From Candidatus Lustribacter sp. (GTDB lineage Bacteria; Vulcanimicrobiota; Vulcanimicrobiia; Vulcanimicrobiales; Vulcanimicrobiaceae), in the NCBI GenBank assembly GCA_965277805.1, contig OZ255842.1, positions 3,904,001 through 3,968,000 of the forward strand: DNA of 64,000 nt. The letters are read 5' to 3'. The position numbers were made by a program, and so were the translations under genes. Below are positions 1 to 9,020 of this stretch, in pieces (the first letter of the stretch is position 1; each line of letters opens with the position of its first letter). The notes beneath the pieces were generated by a model. It was not told the origin of the DNA. It saw only the letters and a list, made by a program, of their open reading frames with translations, and ran no database searches.

Positions 1-1234
1 CGGTCAGCCCCGCGCGGATCTCGCCGGTCACGATCACGCGCGCCCCAAAGTACTTCGTGAGGCCCTCGACGCGCGAGGCCACGTTGACCGCGTCGGCGAT
101 CACCGTGCCGTCCATCCGCTCGTGCTCGCCGATCGTGCCGAGCATGAGCGAGCCGCAGTGGACGCCCACGCCGACCGCGATCGGTGCGAGGTTGTTGGCC
201 GCGCGCTCGACGTTGAGCGCGGCGACGGCGCTCTGCAGCGCAACGGCCGCGCGAACGCCGTCGTCGGCCGCGCGCGGGAAGAGCGCCATGATCGCATCGC
301 CGACGTACTTGTCGACGATTCCGCCGTGTTCGCGCACGACGGGTCCGGTGCGCGAGAGCAGGCCGTTGATGAAACCGAACGTCTCGTTGGGCGAGAGCGA
401 TTCGGAGATCGTCGTGAACGAGCGCACGTCGCTGAAGAGCACGGTCATGTGGCGCTCGATGCCGTCGCCGAGCCGCACGTCGCGCACGTCGTCTTTTCCG
501 AGCAGATCGAGGAACGTGCGCGGCACGAAGCGCGAGTACGCGACGTTGAGCGTGCTGATCTCCTCGATCGTGCGACGTTGCGCGCGATCGCGTTCTTCGT
601 TGGCGAATGCGATTCGGTCGGCGAGTCCGAGCGCCAGCGTCAGCGCTTGAAAGACCGTGCCGATCTCCAAACCGCGCGCGAAGAGCGGACCGAACGCTCC
701 GAGTTGCGCGCCGGAATTCGCGACGTACCACATCAGCGAGCCGATGAAAAACCCGATGTACGCGATGCCGAAATACGTCGCGACGCGAACCCGCTGACGC
801 ACTGCCGCGACCAGCGCCGATCCGGCGACAACGAGCAGCGCGAGCGCCAGCGCTTCCATCGCGACCTGATAGCGCGGGCCGCGCCAGACCGCGAACGGCG
901 CCGCCACCGCGAACAGGCAGGTCAGGCCGAAGAAGACGCGTTCCAACCGCGGCTGCAGCGGGCGCAGCGAAAGAAACGTGCGGAAGAGCCAATAGCCCAG
1001 AAACGCCAGTACGGCAAAGGTCCACCAGAACAGCTGCTTGGCGTCCGCCGTGAGACCGAGCACCGAGAGATACCGCGGGTAGCGCGCGAGTTGGAAGACC
1101 GTCAGCGCGGCGAGATACGAGCCGTAGGACAGAAACTCGGGCACGCGCAGGATCGCGTACATCAGCAAGTGATAGATCGCGACGGCCGCAACCAAACCGA
1201 AGAACGCGCCGAAGAACATCGCATCGAGCGTCAC
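1..1234 (-). CDS. Membrane-bound class III adenylate/guanylate cyclase with a multi-TM (7TM-DISM-like) N-terminus; runs off the window edge
   Basis: Not in the ORF track. Manual minus-strand translation gives several TM segments, then TVLFSDVRSFTTISE, VDKYVGDAIMALF and GVGVHCGSLMLGTIGEHERMDGTVIADAVNVASRVEGLTK. The GTG at 1234 overlaps the meaB stop (GTGA). Confidence 0.88.
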   Translation of the reverse strand, partial: MTLDAMFFGAFFGLVAAVAIYHLLMYAILRVPEFLSYGSYLAALTVFQLARYPRYLSVLGLTADAKQLFWWTFAVLAFLGYWLFRTFLSLRPLQPRLERVFFGLTCLFAVAAPFAVWRGPRYQVAMEALALALLVVAGSALVAAVRQRVRVATYFGIAYIGFFIGSLMWYVANSGAQLGAFGPLFARGLEIGTVFQALTLALGLADRIAFANEERDRAQRRTIEEISTLNVAYSRFVPRTFLDLLGKDDVRDVRLGDGIERHMTVLFSDVRSFTTISESLSPNETFGFINGLLSRTGPVVREHGGIVDKYVGDAIMALFPRAADDGVRAAVALQSAVAALNVERAANNLAPIAVGVGVHCGSLMLGTIGEHERMDGTVIADAVNVASRVEGLTKYFGARVIVTGEIRAGLT

Positions 1235-2142
1235 GGCGGAACGAGCGTCCCGAATCGTGCCAGCACGTCGTGCGCGGCCGTGTACGGATCGCCGCCGTCC
1301 GGCAGCGCCGACACCGCCTCCTTGACCCGCCGTTCGAGCGCGCCGACGGCCAGTGCGCGCACGCGATGCTCGTAGGCCGCGCGCCGTTTGTGCGCGATCT
1401 CGCCCGACGAGCGCAGGTAGGCGTCGTGTTCCGCGATTGCGTTCCACAGCGCGTCGACGCCTTGGCCGTCGATCGCTTGGGTCGCAACGAGCTGCGGCAC
1501 CCAGCCGGCGTACTCGATCATCTCCATCATCGAGCGGATCTCGCGTTCCAGCTGCGGCGCCATCGGGTGATCGCGTTTGTTCACGACGAACACGTCGGCG
1601 ATCTCGAGGATCCCGGCCTTGAGCATCTGCACGCTATCGCCCGAACCGGGCTGCAGCGCCACGAGGATCGTGTCCGCGATCTCGGCGATCTCGATTTCCG
1701 ACTGGCCGACGCCGACCGTCTCGATCAGCACCACGTCGAAGCCGAACGCATCCATCAGCGTCGCCGCATCGGCCGTCGCGCCCGCGACGCCGCCCAGGTG
1801 GCCACGGCTGGCCATCGATCGGATGAACACACCTTCGTCAACGAAATGCTCGGTCAGCCGGATTCGATCGCCGAGCAGGGCGCCGTGCGAAAACGGCGAG
1901 CTCGGATCGACCGAGATGACGCCGACGGTCTTGTTCCGGCGGCGCAGGCGAACGACCAGCGACGCGGTTAGCGTCGACTTGCCGACGCCGGGCGGTCCGG
2001 TCAGGCCGATCGTCATCGCCCGGCCGGCCCGCTCGAACACGGCCCGGATCAACGGCTCGCCCAGGCCGGACTCGCAGCGCGTGATCGCGCGGGCGAGCGC
2101 GCGCTGCTCGCCGCGGTCGAACGCCGCCAACAGATCCTCCAT
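1231..2142 (-). CDS. meaB: Methylmalonyl-CoA mutase-associated GTPase MeaB/ArgK
   Basis: Motifs GLTGPPGVGKST, VDPSSPFSHGALLGDRIR, FIRSMASRGHLGG, ETVGVGQSE and NKxD. Confidence 0.93.
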   Translation of the reverse strand: MEDLLAAFDRGEQRALARAITRCESGLGEPLIRAVFERAGRAMTIGLTGPPGVGKSTLTASLVVRLRRRNKTVGVISVDPSSPFSHGALLGDRIRLTEHFVDEGVFIRSMASRGHLGGVAGATADAATLMDAFGFDVVLIETVGVGQSEIEIAEIADTILVALQPGSGDSVQMLKAGILEIADVFVVNKRDHPMAPQLEREIRSMMEMIEYAGWVPQLVATQAIDGQGVDALWNAIAEHDAYLRSSGEIAHKRRAAYEHRVRALAVGALERRVKEAVSALPDGGDPYTAAHDVLARFGTLVPP

Positions 2143-2196
2143 GGCCTACGCTCTTCGGCCCGAGGACAGGGTACACCGGCGGCCAATCCCGCGCCG

Positions 2197-5100
2197 ATGG
2201 ACTCCCGTGGCTACTACCGCACCCCCACGATCGCCGGTGACACGATCGTCTTCGTTTGTGAGGACGATTTGTGGAGCGTCGCCGCGCGCGGCGGGCTCGC
2301 GCGCCGGCTGACCGCGGGTCCCGCCACGGTCGCGCTGCCGCGCCTCTCGCCCGACGGCTCGACCGTGGCGTACGTCGGCAGTGATGAAGGAACACCGGAG
2401 GTCTACACGATTCCGGCGCTGGGCGGTCCGCCGCGGCGCTTGACCTTCCTCGGCAGCAGCGCGCTCTACGTCTGCGGCTGGTCGCGCGACGGCAGTGAGA
2501 TCTTCTTCACCTCCGATGCGGGCGTGCCGTTCGTCAAGGAAACGCTGGCGTTCGCGATCGGCCGCGACGGCGGCGAACCCCGGCGGTTGCCGCTCGGCCA
2601 TGCGATGAGCCTCGACGTCGCGGCCGGCGGCGCCACGCTGCTCGGACGCAACAACATCGATCCGGCGCGCTGGAAGCGCTATCGCGGCGGAACGGCCGGC
2701 CATCTGTGGGTCGACGCGACCGGTTCGGGTACGTTCGCGCGCCTTGGCGCGGAGCTCGACGGCAACCTGGTCTGGCCGATGTGGCTCGGCACGCGCGTCG
2801 CGTTTCTCTCCGATCACGAAGGCATCGGCAACCTCTACTCCGCGAACGCCGACGGCTCCGGCGTGCAGCGCCTGACGGACGAGCGCGAGTACTTCGCGCG
2901 CTTCCCGTCGACCGACGGCACGCGCATCGTCTACGCGTGCGGCGGCGAGATCGTGCTGCTCGCGCCCGGCAGCGCGCCCGTGCGCGTGCCGATCGAAACG
3001 CCGTCGGCCGCGCCGCAGACCGCGCGCCGCTTCGTCGACGCCGGCGATCTGCTCGGCGCGTACGCGCCCTCACCCGACGGCAAGGCGCTGGCGCTCGTTT
3101 CGCGCGGGCGCGCGTACACGATGCCGTTGTGGGAAGCGGCCGTCAGCGAACTCGGCACCGGCACGACGGCGCGCCGCCGCGCGGTCGCGTGGCTGCACGA
3201 CGGCGAGCGCGTGGCCTACGTCGACGACAGCGCGGGGTTCGAACGCATCGCGGTCGAGCCGGTCGATCAGAGCGCGCCGCCTGCCTACGTGACGACGGCC
3301 GACGTCGGCCGCATCACCGAACTCGCGGTCTCGCCGTGCAGCGACCGCATCGCGTTTGCGAATCACCGGCACGAACTCTTCGTGCTCGATCTCGGCAGCG
3401 AACCGCGTAAGCTCGATGCGAGCCAAGCCTGGCGCTGCATCGACCTGGCGTTTTCGCCCGACGGGAAGTGGCTCGCGTACGTCGTGTCGCCCAAATCCAG
3501 CACGATGATCGTGCGCATCGCCGATTGCGATTCCGGCACCGTCGTCGACGCTACCGAAGCGCTGCGCGAAGATCGCGCGCCGGCGTGGGACCCCGAAGGC
3601 AAGTATCTGTACTTCATCTCGGCGCGCGACTTCAACCCGATCTACGACGCGCTGCAATTCGACCTGAGCTTTCCGCACGCGATGCGTCCCTATGTCGTGA
3701 CGTTGCGCCGCGACGTGCCCAATCCGTTCGTTCCCGTGCCTGCGCCGCTGCACCAAGCGAAGGACGACGAAGACGACGATGCGGACGATGACGGCGACGA
3801 CGGCAAAGACGACAAGGCAAAGAAAGCTCCCAAGCCCGTGCTGATCGACACGGACGGCTTGGCGCACCGCATCCTCGCGTTCCCGGTCGAAGAGGGCAAC
3901 TACGCGCGCGTGGCCGGCGTCAAGGGCCGCGCGCTGTTTTCGCGCTTTCCAGTACACGGCATCAAGACGAGCTCGCGCCACGACGACGACGAGGAAGGCG
4001 GCGCGCTCGTCGCCTACGACTTCCGCAGCGAACGCAGCGCGACGCTGGCGAATGACATCGACGGCTTCGTGCTCGGCGCCGACGCTCGCACGCTGGTCTA
4101 CGAATCGCACGGCAAACTGCGCGCGATCGACGCCGGCGGCGAATTGCCCGAAGACGATCCCGAAGACAAAGCCCCGACGGAAACCAACCGCCGCAGCGGC
4201 TGGCTCGATCTCGGCCGCATCGGCGTGCTGGTCGAACCGCGCACCGAGTGGGCGCAGATGCTGCGCGAAGCGTGGCGTCTGCAGCGCGAACAGTTCTGGG
4301 ATCCGCAGATGTCGGGAATCGATTGGAACGCGGTGCTCGTCCGCTACGAAGCGCTGCTGCCGCGCATCCGCACGCGGGCCGAACTCTCCGATTTGATCTG
4401 GGAAATGCAAGGCGAACTCGGCACCTCGCACGCCTACGAGATCGGCGGCGATCTGCGCGTTCCGCCGCAGTACAAACGCGGCTTTCTCGGCGCCGACTAT
4501 CATTGGGACCCGGAACGCAAGGGCTACCGCATCGATGCTATCCTGCGCGGCGATTCGTGGAACCGCGGCGACGACTCGCCGCTCGCCGAGCCCGGCGTCG
4601 ACGTGGCGCCGGGCGATGCGATCGTAGCGATCGCCGGCACGCGCGTCTCGGCCGAACGCACGCCCGACGAGCTGCTCGTCAACCTCGCGAACCGCGACGT
4701 CGCGGTCGACATCGAGCGCGCCGGCAAGACCACGCGCGTGCTGGTGCATGCGATGCGCGACGAACGCACGCTGCGCTACCGTTCGTGGGTGAACGCCAAT
4801 CGCAAGCTCGTGCACGAACGCACCGGCGGCCGCGTCGGCTACGTGCACATCCCCGACATGGGACCGTGGGGCTTCGCGGAATTCCACCGCGGCTACCTGA
4901 CCGAATTCGAACGCGACGGTTTGATCGTCGACGTGCGCTACAACCGCGGCGGCCATGTGTCACCGCTGCTGCTCGAAAAGCTCGCGCGCAAGCGCGTCGG
5001 TTACGACGTTTCGCGCTACGGTCCGCCGCAGCCGTATCCGCCCGAATCGCTGGGCGGTCCGATGGTCGCGCTGACCAACCAGTTTGCCGGCTCGGACGGC

Positions 5101-5436
5101 GACATCTTCTCGCACTGCTTCAAACTCTACGGGCTCGGAACGCTGGTCGGCATGCGCACGTGGGGCGGCGTCGTCGGCATCAATCCCTATCACGAACTCG
5201 TCGACGGCACGGTGACGACGCAGCCGGAATACTCGTTCTGGTTCGTCGACGCGGGCTGGCACGTGGAGAACTACGGCACGGACCCCGACGTGGAAGTGGA
5301 CATCGCGCCGCAGGACTCAGCCGCCGGCCGCGATCCACAGATGGACAAGGGGCTCGAGTTGATCCAGGCGGCGCTCGCGAACGTCCCCGCGCGGCCCGCG
5401 TTCCCGCCGTATCCAAACCGGCGTTATCCGCTGTGA
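2197..5436 (+). CDS. Tricorn protease homolog (peptidase S41, beta-propellers plus PDZ)
   Basis: 1079 aa. N-terminal GYYRTPTI...VFVCEDDLW, WKRYRGGTAG, GYVHIPDMG, DVRYNRGG, catalytic AGSDGD and RTWGGVVGI. Confidence 0.93.
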   Translation: MDSRGYYRTPTIAGDTIVFVCEDDLWSVAARGGLARRLTAGPATVALPRLSPDGSTVAYVGSDEGTPEVYTIPALGGPPRRLTFLGSSALYVCGWSRDGSEIFFTSDAGVPFVKETLAFAIGRDGGEPRRLPLGHAMSLDVAAGGATLLGRNNIDPARWKRYRGGTAGHLWVDATGSGTFARLGAELDGNLVWPMWLGTRVAFLSDHEGIGNLYSANADGSGVQRLTDEREYFARFPSTDGTRIVYACGGEIVLLAPGSAPVRVPIETPSAAPQTARRFVDAGDLLGAYAPSPDGKALALVSRGRAYTMPLWEAAVSELGTGTTARRRAVAWLHDGERVAYVDDSAGFERIAVEPVDQSAPPAYVTTADVGRITELAVSPCSDRIAFANHRHELFVLDLGSEPRKLDASQAWRCIDLAFSPDGKWLAYVVSPKSSTMIVRIADCDSGTVVDATEALREDRAPAWDPEGKYLYFISARDFNPIYDALQFDLSFPHAMRPYVVTLRRDVPNPFVPVPAPLHQAKDDEDDDADDDGDDGKDDKAKKAPKPVLIDTDGLAHRILAFPVEEGNYARVAGVKGRALFSRFPVHGIKTSSRHDDDEEGGALVAYDFRSERSATLANDIDGFVLGADARTLVYESHGKLRAIDAGGELPEDDPEDKAPTETNRRSGWLDLGRIGVLVEPRTEWAQMLREAWRLQREQFWDPQMSGIDWNAVLVRYEALLPRIRTRAELSDLIWEMQGELGTSHAYEIGGDLRVPPQYKRGFLGADYHWDPERKGYRIDAILRGDSWNRGDDSPLAEPGVDVAPGDAIVAIAGTRVSAERTPDELLVNLANRDVAVDIERAGKTTRVLVHAMRDERTLRYRSWVNANRKLVHERTGGRVGYVHIPDMGPWGFAEFHRGYLTEFERDGLIVDVRYNRGGHVSPLLLEKLARKRVGYDVSRYGPPQPYPPESLGGPMVALTNQFAGSDGDIFSHCFKLYGLGTLVGMRTWGGVVGINPYHELVDGTVTTQPEYSFWFVDAGWHVENYGTDPDVEVDIAPQDSAAGRDPQMDKGLELIQAALANVPARPAFPPYPNRRYPL

Positions 5437-5978
5437 TCACCCCGCAGATCCGGCGTGCGGCGATCGACGTCTTTCCGATCGGCACGCCGGTCCTGATCGC
5501 GGCGAGTGAAGCGGCCGGCTTCGCGCAGCTAGTGGCCGAGCGCGGTGACCCGAACGTTGCGTGGGTGCCCCTCGGAGCGCAACCGCCCGCGTCGACCGCG
5601 CCGCATCTGCTGCTCGAAGGGATCGACGATCTCTTCGATCCGGCGGGTTATCTTCGCGCGGCCCGCGCGTCGCTGCCCGAGGCTCGCATCTTCGCGCTGA
5701 TCGCGAACGCCGGACATCTGATCGGCCTCGGCGCATTTTTCGCCGGCCGGCCCCTCGCCGCCGGTCATCCGCTCTCGGAAAGCGAGATCGCACCGCTGTT
5801 CGGCACCGCGGGCTGGAAGGTGCTCGCCGTCCAGCGACTGCTCGACGAACCGTTGCCCGAGCCGCACTCGGCACCCGTGGTGGTGACCGTCGGCGACGTA
5901 AGTTTCGAATGCGCCACGCCGCAGGACCTCGAGCGCGGACGTACGGCGGGCTTCCTCGTCATCGCCGACCGCGCATGA
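5433..5978 (+). CDS. Hypothetical protein, degenerate methyltransferase-like domain
   Basis: The coding-like part of track ORF 4248..5978 begins at a GTG overlapping the tricorn stop (GTGA). It resembles the C-terminal half of 6622..7986. Confidence 0.65.
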   Translation: MITPQIRRAAIDVFPIGTPVLIAASEAAGFAQLVAERGDPNVAWVPLGAQPPASTAPHLLLEGIDDLFDPAGYLRAARASLPEARIFALIANAGHLIGLGAFFAGRPLAAGHPLSESEIAPLFGTAGWKVLAVQRLLDEPLPEPHSAPVVVTVGDVSFECATPQDLERGRTAGFLVIADRA

Positions 5979-5990
5979 TAGCATAGGTCC

Positions 5991-6617
5991 ATGGCTGACA
6001 ACGTAACGATGACGATCCCGATTGTGACCGTATCGGATCTCGCGCTGCCCCGTTGGATGTCGCCGTTTGCTCGCCAGCTCTTTGCTATCCCCACCCACAT
6101 GACGGCGCAAGAGCGTCTGATGCTCATGCAGCTCGCACTGAATGCCGGCGATGGTTTCACGGCGCTCGAAATCGGCAGCTATTTGGGCGCGAGCACGGCT
6201 TTTCTCGGCTTCTCCGCGCTGCACAAAAACGGTACCGTTCACGCCGTCGATCCATGGACGAACAACGCCATGGGCTCCGAAGGCGAACGCGACACGTTTG
6301 GAGAGTTTCGCCGCAACACGGCGTCCTTCGAGCACTACATCGTGCCGCATCGCGGAACGTCGGCTGAAATTCACGCCCGCGAAACCGTGATCCCGTGTAA
6401 CCTGCTGTTCATCGACGGCGATCACAGCTACGACGCGGTCGCGGCCGATTTGCGCATGTGGCTGCCGAGCTTGAAACCGGGCGGCACGCTCGCGATGCAT
6501 GACATTGATTCGCCGCCCGTCGCGCAAGCGTTCAACGAAATCGCACCCTCGCTCGCGCTCGAGGGACCGCCACAGATGACGGACCGCTTGCTATTCTGCA
6601 AACTCGCATCCGCCTGA
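5991..6617 (+). CDS. Class I SAM-dependent methyltransferase (Methyltransf_24-like)
   Basis: Motifs LEIGSYLGAST, AVDPW, LFIDGDHSYDAV and LKPGGTLAMHD. Confidence 0.88.
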   Translation: MADNVTMTIPIVTVSDLALPRWMSPFARQLFAIPTHMTAQERLMLMQLALNAGDGFTALEIGSYLGASTAFLGFSALHKNGTVHAVDPWTNNAMGSEGERDTFGEFRRNTASFEHYIVPHRGTSAEIHARETVIPCNLLFIDGDHSYDAVAADLRMWLPSLKPGGTLAMHDIDSPPVAQAFNEIAPSLALEGPPQMTDRLLFCKLASA

Positions 6618-6621
6618 GCGA

Positions 6622-7986
6622 ATGATCCTCGACTGCTTCACGTTCTTCAATGAGTTTGACGTGCTCGAACTGCGTTTGCGCACGCTCGGCGACGTCGTCG
6701 ACACGTTCGTGATCTGTGAAGCGCCGTTCACGTTCAGGGGTAATCCGAAGCCGCTGTACTTTGCTGATGAAGCGGCGCGGTTCGCACCCTGGAGCGATCG
6801 CTTGCGGCTGATCGCGCTGCCCGGACCTCCGGCCGCGATTGCGTGGGACAACGAAGCCGCGCAACGTTCGTTTCTCGCGACCGCACTCACGGACTGCGCG
6901 CCCGGCGACGTTATTCTCATCGGCGACGTCGACGAGATTCCCGATCCGCGACTGCTCGCGACGCCACCCGCCGCCGGCCGCATCGTCACGCACCGGATGG
7001 TCCTGATGCGCGGCTACGCAAACCGCGCCGACTTCGGCGGTGCGCCATCGTGGTACGGAACGCGCGCGCTGCGCGCCGGCGATCTCGCCGCCTTCGGAAC
7101 ATTGAATGACGTGCGCTATCATCCGTTCGCCGATACCGACGTCGTCAGCGGCGGTTGGCACTTTTCGTCCTTTGGCGGCGGCGAAGTCATGGAGCGGAAG
7201 CTGCGCTCGTTTTCGCACGCCGAACTAGATATTCGCTACCTGCGCGATCGCCGGCGCCTCGACGTCCATTACGAAGGCGCCGGCGGAGAAGCGGGCACCG
7301 TCGAGGTTTCCCTCGACACGCTGCCCGCGCCGCTACGCGAAGATGCTCGCTGGGCGCCTTATCTCTGGCGTCAAAGCAGCGCGCTCGCGCCCGAACACAC
7401 CGCGCTGCTCGAACACGCCCACGGCTGCCTCGCGTACGTCCCCGACGACGCAACCGGGGTGGCCGTGCTCGCCGCGCAGCCCGGCGTGTGGAGCGAGGCC
7501 GCCGCGGAGCGATTCGGCGCGGGCTTCCGCGGCGTTTTCACCGATGCGGCTGACCTCGCCGCGGCGGAGCCGGCGTGGATCGTCGTCGACGGTCTCGAAC
7601 GCCAGCCCGAAACGGCGCTCACTCGCTTACGCCGGACGGGTGCGACGGTGATTGCTTTCGCCGCCAACGCGCGCTCGCTCGAGCCGATGACGGAAGCGCT
7701 CGCCGGGCGGCCGCTTCCACCGGGCCGCGCTCTCGGGCGCGCCGAGTATGTGGCGGAAATGCGCGCTGCCGGGTTCGACGTGGGACCGGCCGACCGCGTA
7801 CCGACCCGCCTGATGCCCTGGACGATGCCGGCCCCCGGCAGCACCGCGCTCTACCGGATCTCGGTCGGCGCGTTCCGCTTTCCCGAGCTCCAGGCCGAGG
7901 CGCTGGCCGACTTCCAGACCAACGCCTTCATCTTTACCCTGAACCCAAGCCCCGCGTTTGACCCCTCTGCCTCAGCCGTGGTATGA
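6622..7986 (+). CDS. GT17-like (beta-1,4-GlcNAc transferase family) glycosyltransferase fused to a degenerate methyltransferase-like domain
   Basis: MILDCFTFFNEFDVLELRL, TFRGNPKPLYF, GDVDEIP, GGWHFS and KLRSFSH are typical of GT17. Confidence 0.8.
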   Translation: MILDCFTFFNEFDVLELRLRTLGDVVDTFVICEAPFTFRGNPKPLYFADEAARFAPWSDRLRLIALPGPPAAIAWDNEAAQRSFLATALTDCAPGDVILIGDVDEIPDPRLLATPPAAGRIVTHRMVLMRGYANRADFGGAPSWYGTRALRAGDLAAFGTLNDVRYHPFADTDVVSGGWHFSSFGGGEVMERKLRSFSHAELDIRYLRDRRRLDVHYEGAGGEAGTVEVSLDTLPAPLREDARWAPYLWRQSSALAPEHTALLEHAHGCLAYVPDDATGVAVLAAQPGVWSEAAAERFGAGFRGVFTDAADLAAAEPAWIVVDGLERQPETALTRLRRTGATVIAFAANARSLEPMTEALAGRPLPPGRALGRAEYVAEMRAAGFDVGPADRVPTRLMPWTMPAPGSTALYRISVGAFRFPELQAEALADFQTNAFIFTLNPSPAFDPSASAVV

Positions 7987-7987
7987 T
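7958..7987 (+). promoter_or_regulatory. Sigma70-type promoter of infC-rpmI-rplT
   Basis: TTGACC (7958-7963), 18-nt spacer, extended -10 TGgTATGAT (7979-7987). Confidence 0.7.
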
Positions 7988-7992
7988 CCGCG

Positions 7993-8120
7993 AGCCGAAG
8001 CAGCGTCGAGAGACGCTCACCGGATGCCTCACGGCGATCCGGTCGCAACCTCAGGAGCCCGTCGGCACGGGTCTCGTGAATAGCGGAGATGCTTCGGCGT
8101 CCCCGTTCTTTTGTTTTTGT
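7993..8120 (+). promoter_or_regulatory. Structured infC leader or attenuator (L20-leader-like by position)
   Basis: Hairpin CGGAGATGC-TTCG-GCGTCCCCG followed by TTCTTTTGTTTTTG just before the infC RBS. GCCGAAGCA (7994-8002) is complementary to TGCTTCGGC (8090-8098). Confidence 0.55.
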
Positions 8121-8134
8121 CAGGAGTAAAGCCC

Positions 8135-8803
8135 ATAGCACGACCGCTACGCGTCAACGACCAGATCCGTATCCGCACCGTTCGAGTAATCGACGATGAA
8201 GGGACGCAGCTCGGCGTCATGCCGACTGAGGAAGCGATGAACCTCGCGCGCTCAAAAGGCCTCGACCTCATCGAAGTCTCGCCCACCGCGGTTCCGCCGG
8301 TCTGTAGAATTGGTGATTACGGCCGTCTCAAGTACGAGCAATCGAAGAAAGACAAAGACGCGCGCAAGAAGCAGAAAAACTTCGAATTGCGCGAGGTCAA
8401 ATTGCGACCGAAAATCGACACCCACGACTACGAAGTCAAAGCGAAGATGGCCGAACGGCTGCTTCTCGACGGCGGCAAAGTCAAAGTGACGATCATGTTC
8501 CGGGGTCGCGAGATCACCTACACGTCGTACGGCAAACGGTTGCTCGATCGCATCTCGGTCGATCTCGCGAACAGCGCGATCGTCGAGCGCGACGCCAAAC
8601 TCGAAGGCAAAAACATGTTCCTCATCCTCGCCCCGCGGCAGACGCCGCTCGGCCCGCCGCGATTCGTCCATCACAAAGACGAAGCCGCGCCGACGCACGA
8701 GCAGGCCACGCACGTGGGCGAACATCCGGATGACGAACACGAAGACGCACATGAATCCGTGGAACACCACGAAACACCACCAGTCGAGGGAGCTCATGCC
8801 TAA
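8135..8803 (+). CDS. infC: Translation initiation factor IF-3 with probable ATA start and His/Glu-rich tail
   Basis: RVNDQIR, LDLIEVSPTAVPPVCRIGDYG, EVKLRPKIDTHDY and KVKVTIMFRGRE. AGGAG at 8122-8126 lies 8 nt before the in-frame ATA. Confidence 0.96.
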   Translation: MARPLRVNDQIRIRTVRVIDDEGTQLGVMPTEEAMNLARSKGLDLIEVSPTAVPPVCRIGDYGRLKYEQSKKDKDARKKQKNFELREVKLRPKIDTHDYEVKAKMAERLLLDGGKVKVTIMFRGREITYTSYGKRLLDRISVDLANSAIVERDAKLEGKNMFLILAPRQTPLGPPRFVHHKDEAAPTHEQATHVGEHPDDEHEDAHESVEHHETPPVEGAHA

Positions 8804-9002
8804 GATCAAGACGCACCGCGGAACCGCGAAGCGAGTGAAGGTCAGCGGAAACGGTATCGTTACGCACCGTCACCAATTCAGCGGCTGCGGCCACATTCTC
8901 AGCAAGAAAACACGTAAGCGCAAGCGGAATTTCCGCAAGGACCAGCCCGTTTTCGCCGGCGATCTGAAGCGCTTTGCGCCCCAGATCCCCTACCTGCTTT
9001 AA
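8796..9002 (+). CDS. rpmI: 50S ribosomal protein L35
   Basis: MPKIKTHRGTAKRVKVSGNG...HILSKKTRKRKR, between infC and rplT. Confidence 0.95.
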   Translation: MPKIKTHRGTAKRVKVSGNGIVTHRHQFSGCGHILSKKTRKRKRNFRKDQPVFAGDLKRFAPQIPYLL

Positions 9003-9020
9003 TTTCTGGAGTAACGATCG

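Noticed and set aside
3760-3830. Asp-rich low-complexity tract in tricorn
   Set aside because: Charged linkers at this position are usual in bacterial tricorn homologs.
4248-5432. N-terminal extensions of track ORFs 4248..5978, 12517..14505, 50507..52084 and 42010..43563
   Set aside because: The Arg/Ala-rich extensions overlap real genes in other frames. More plausible starts lie downstream, mostly at stop/start overlaps.
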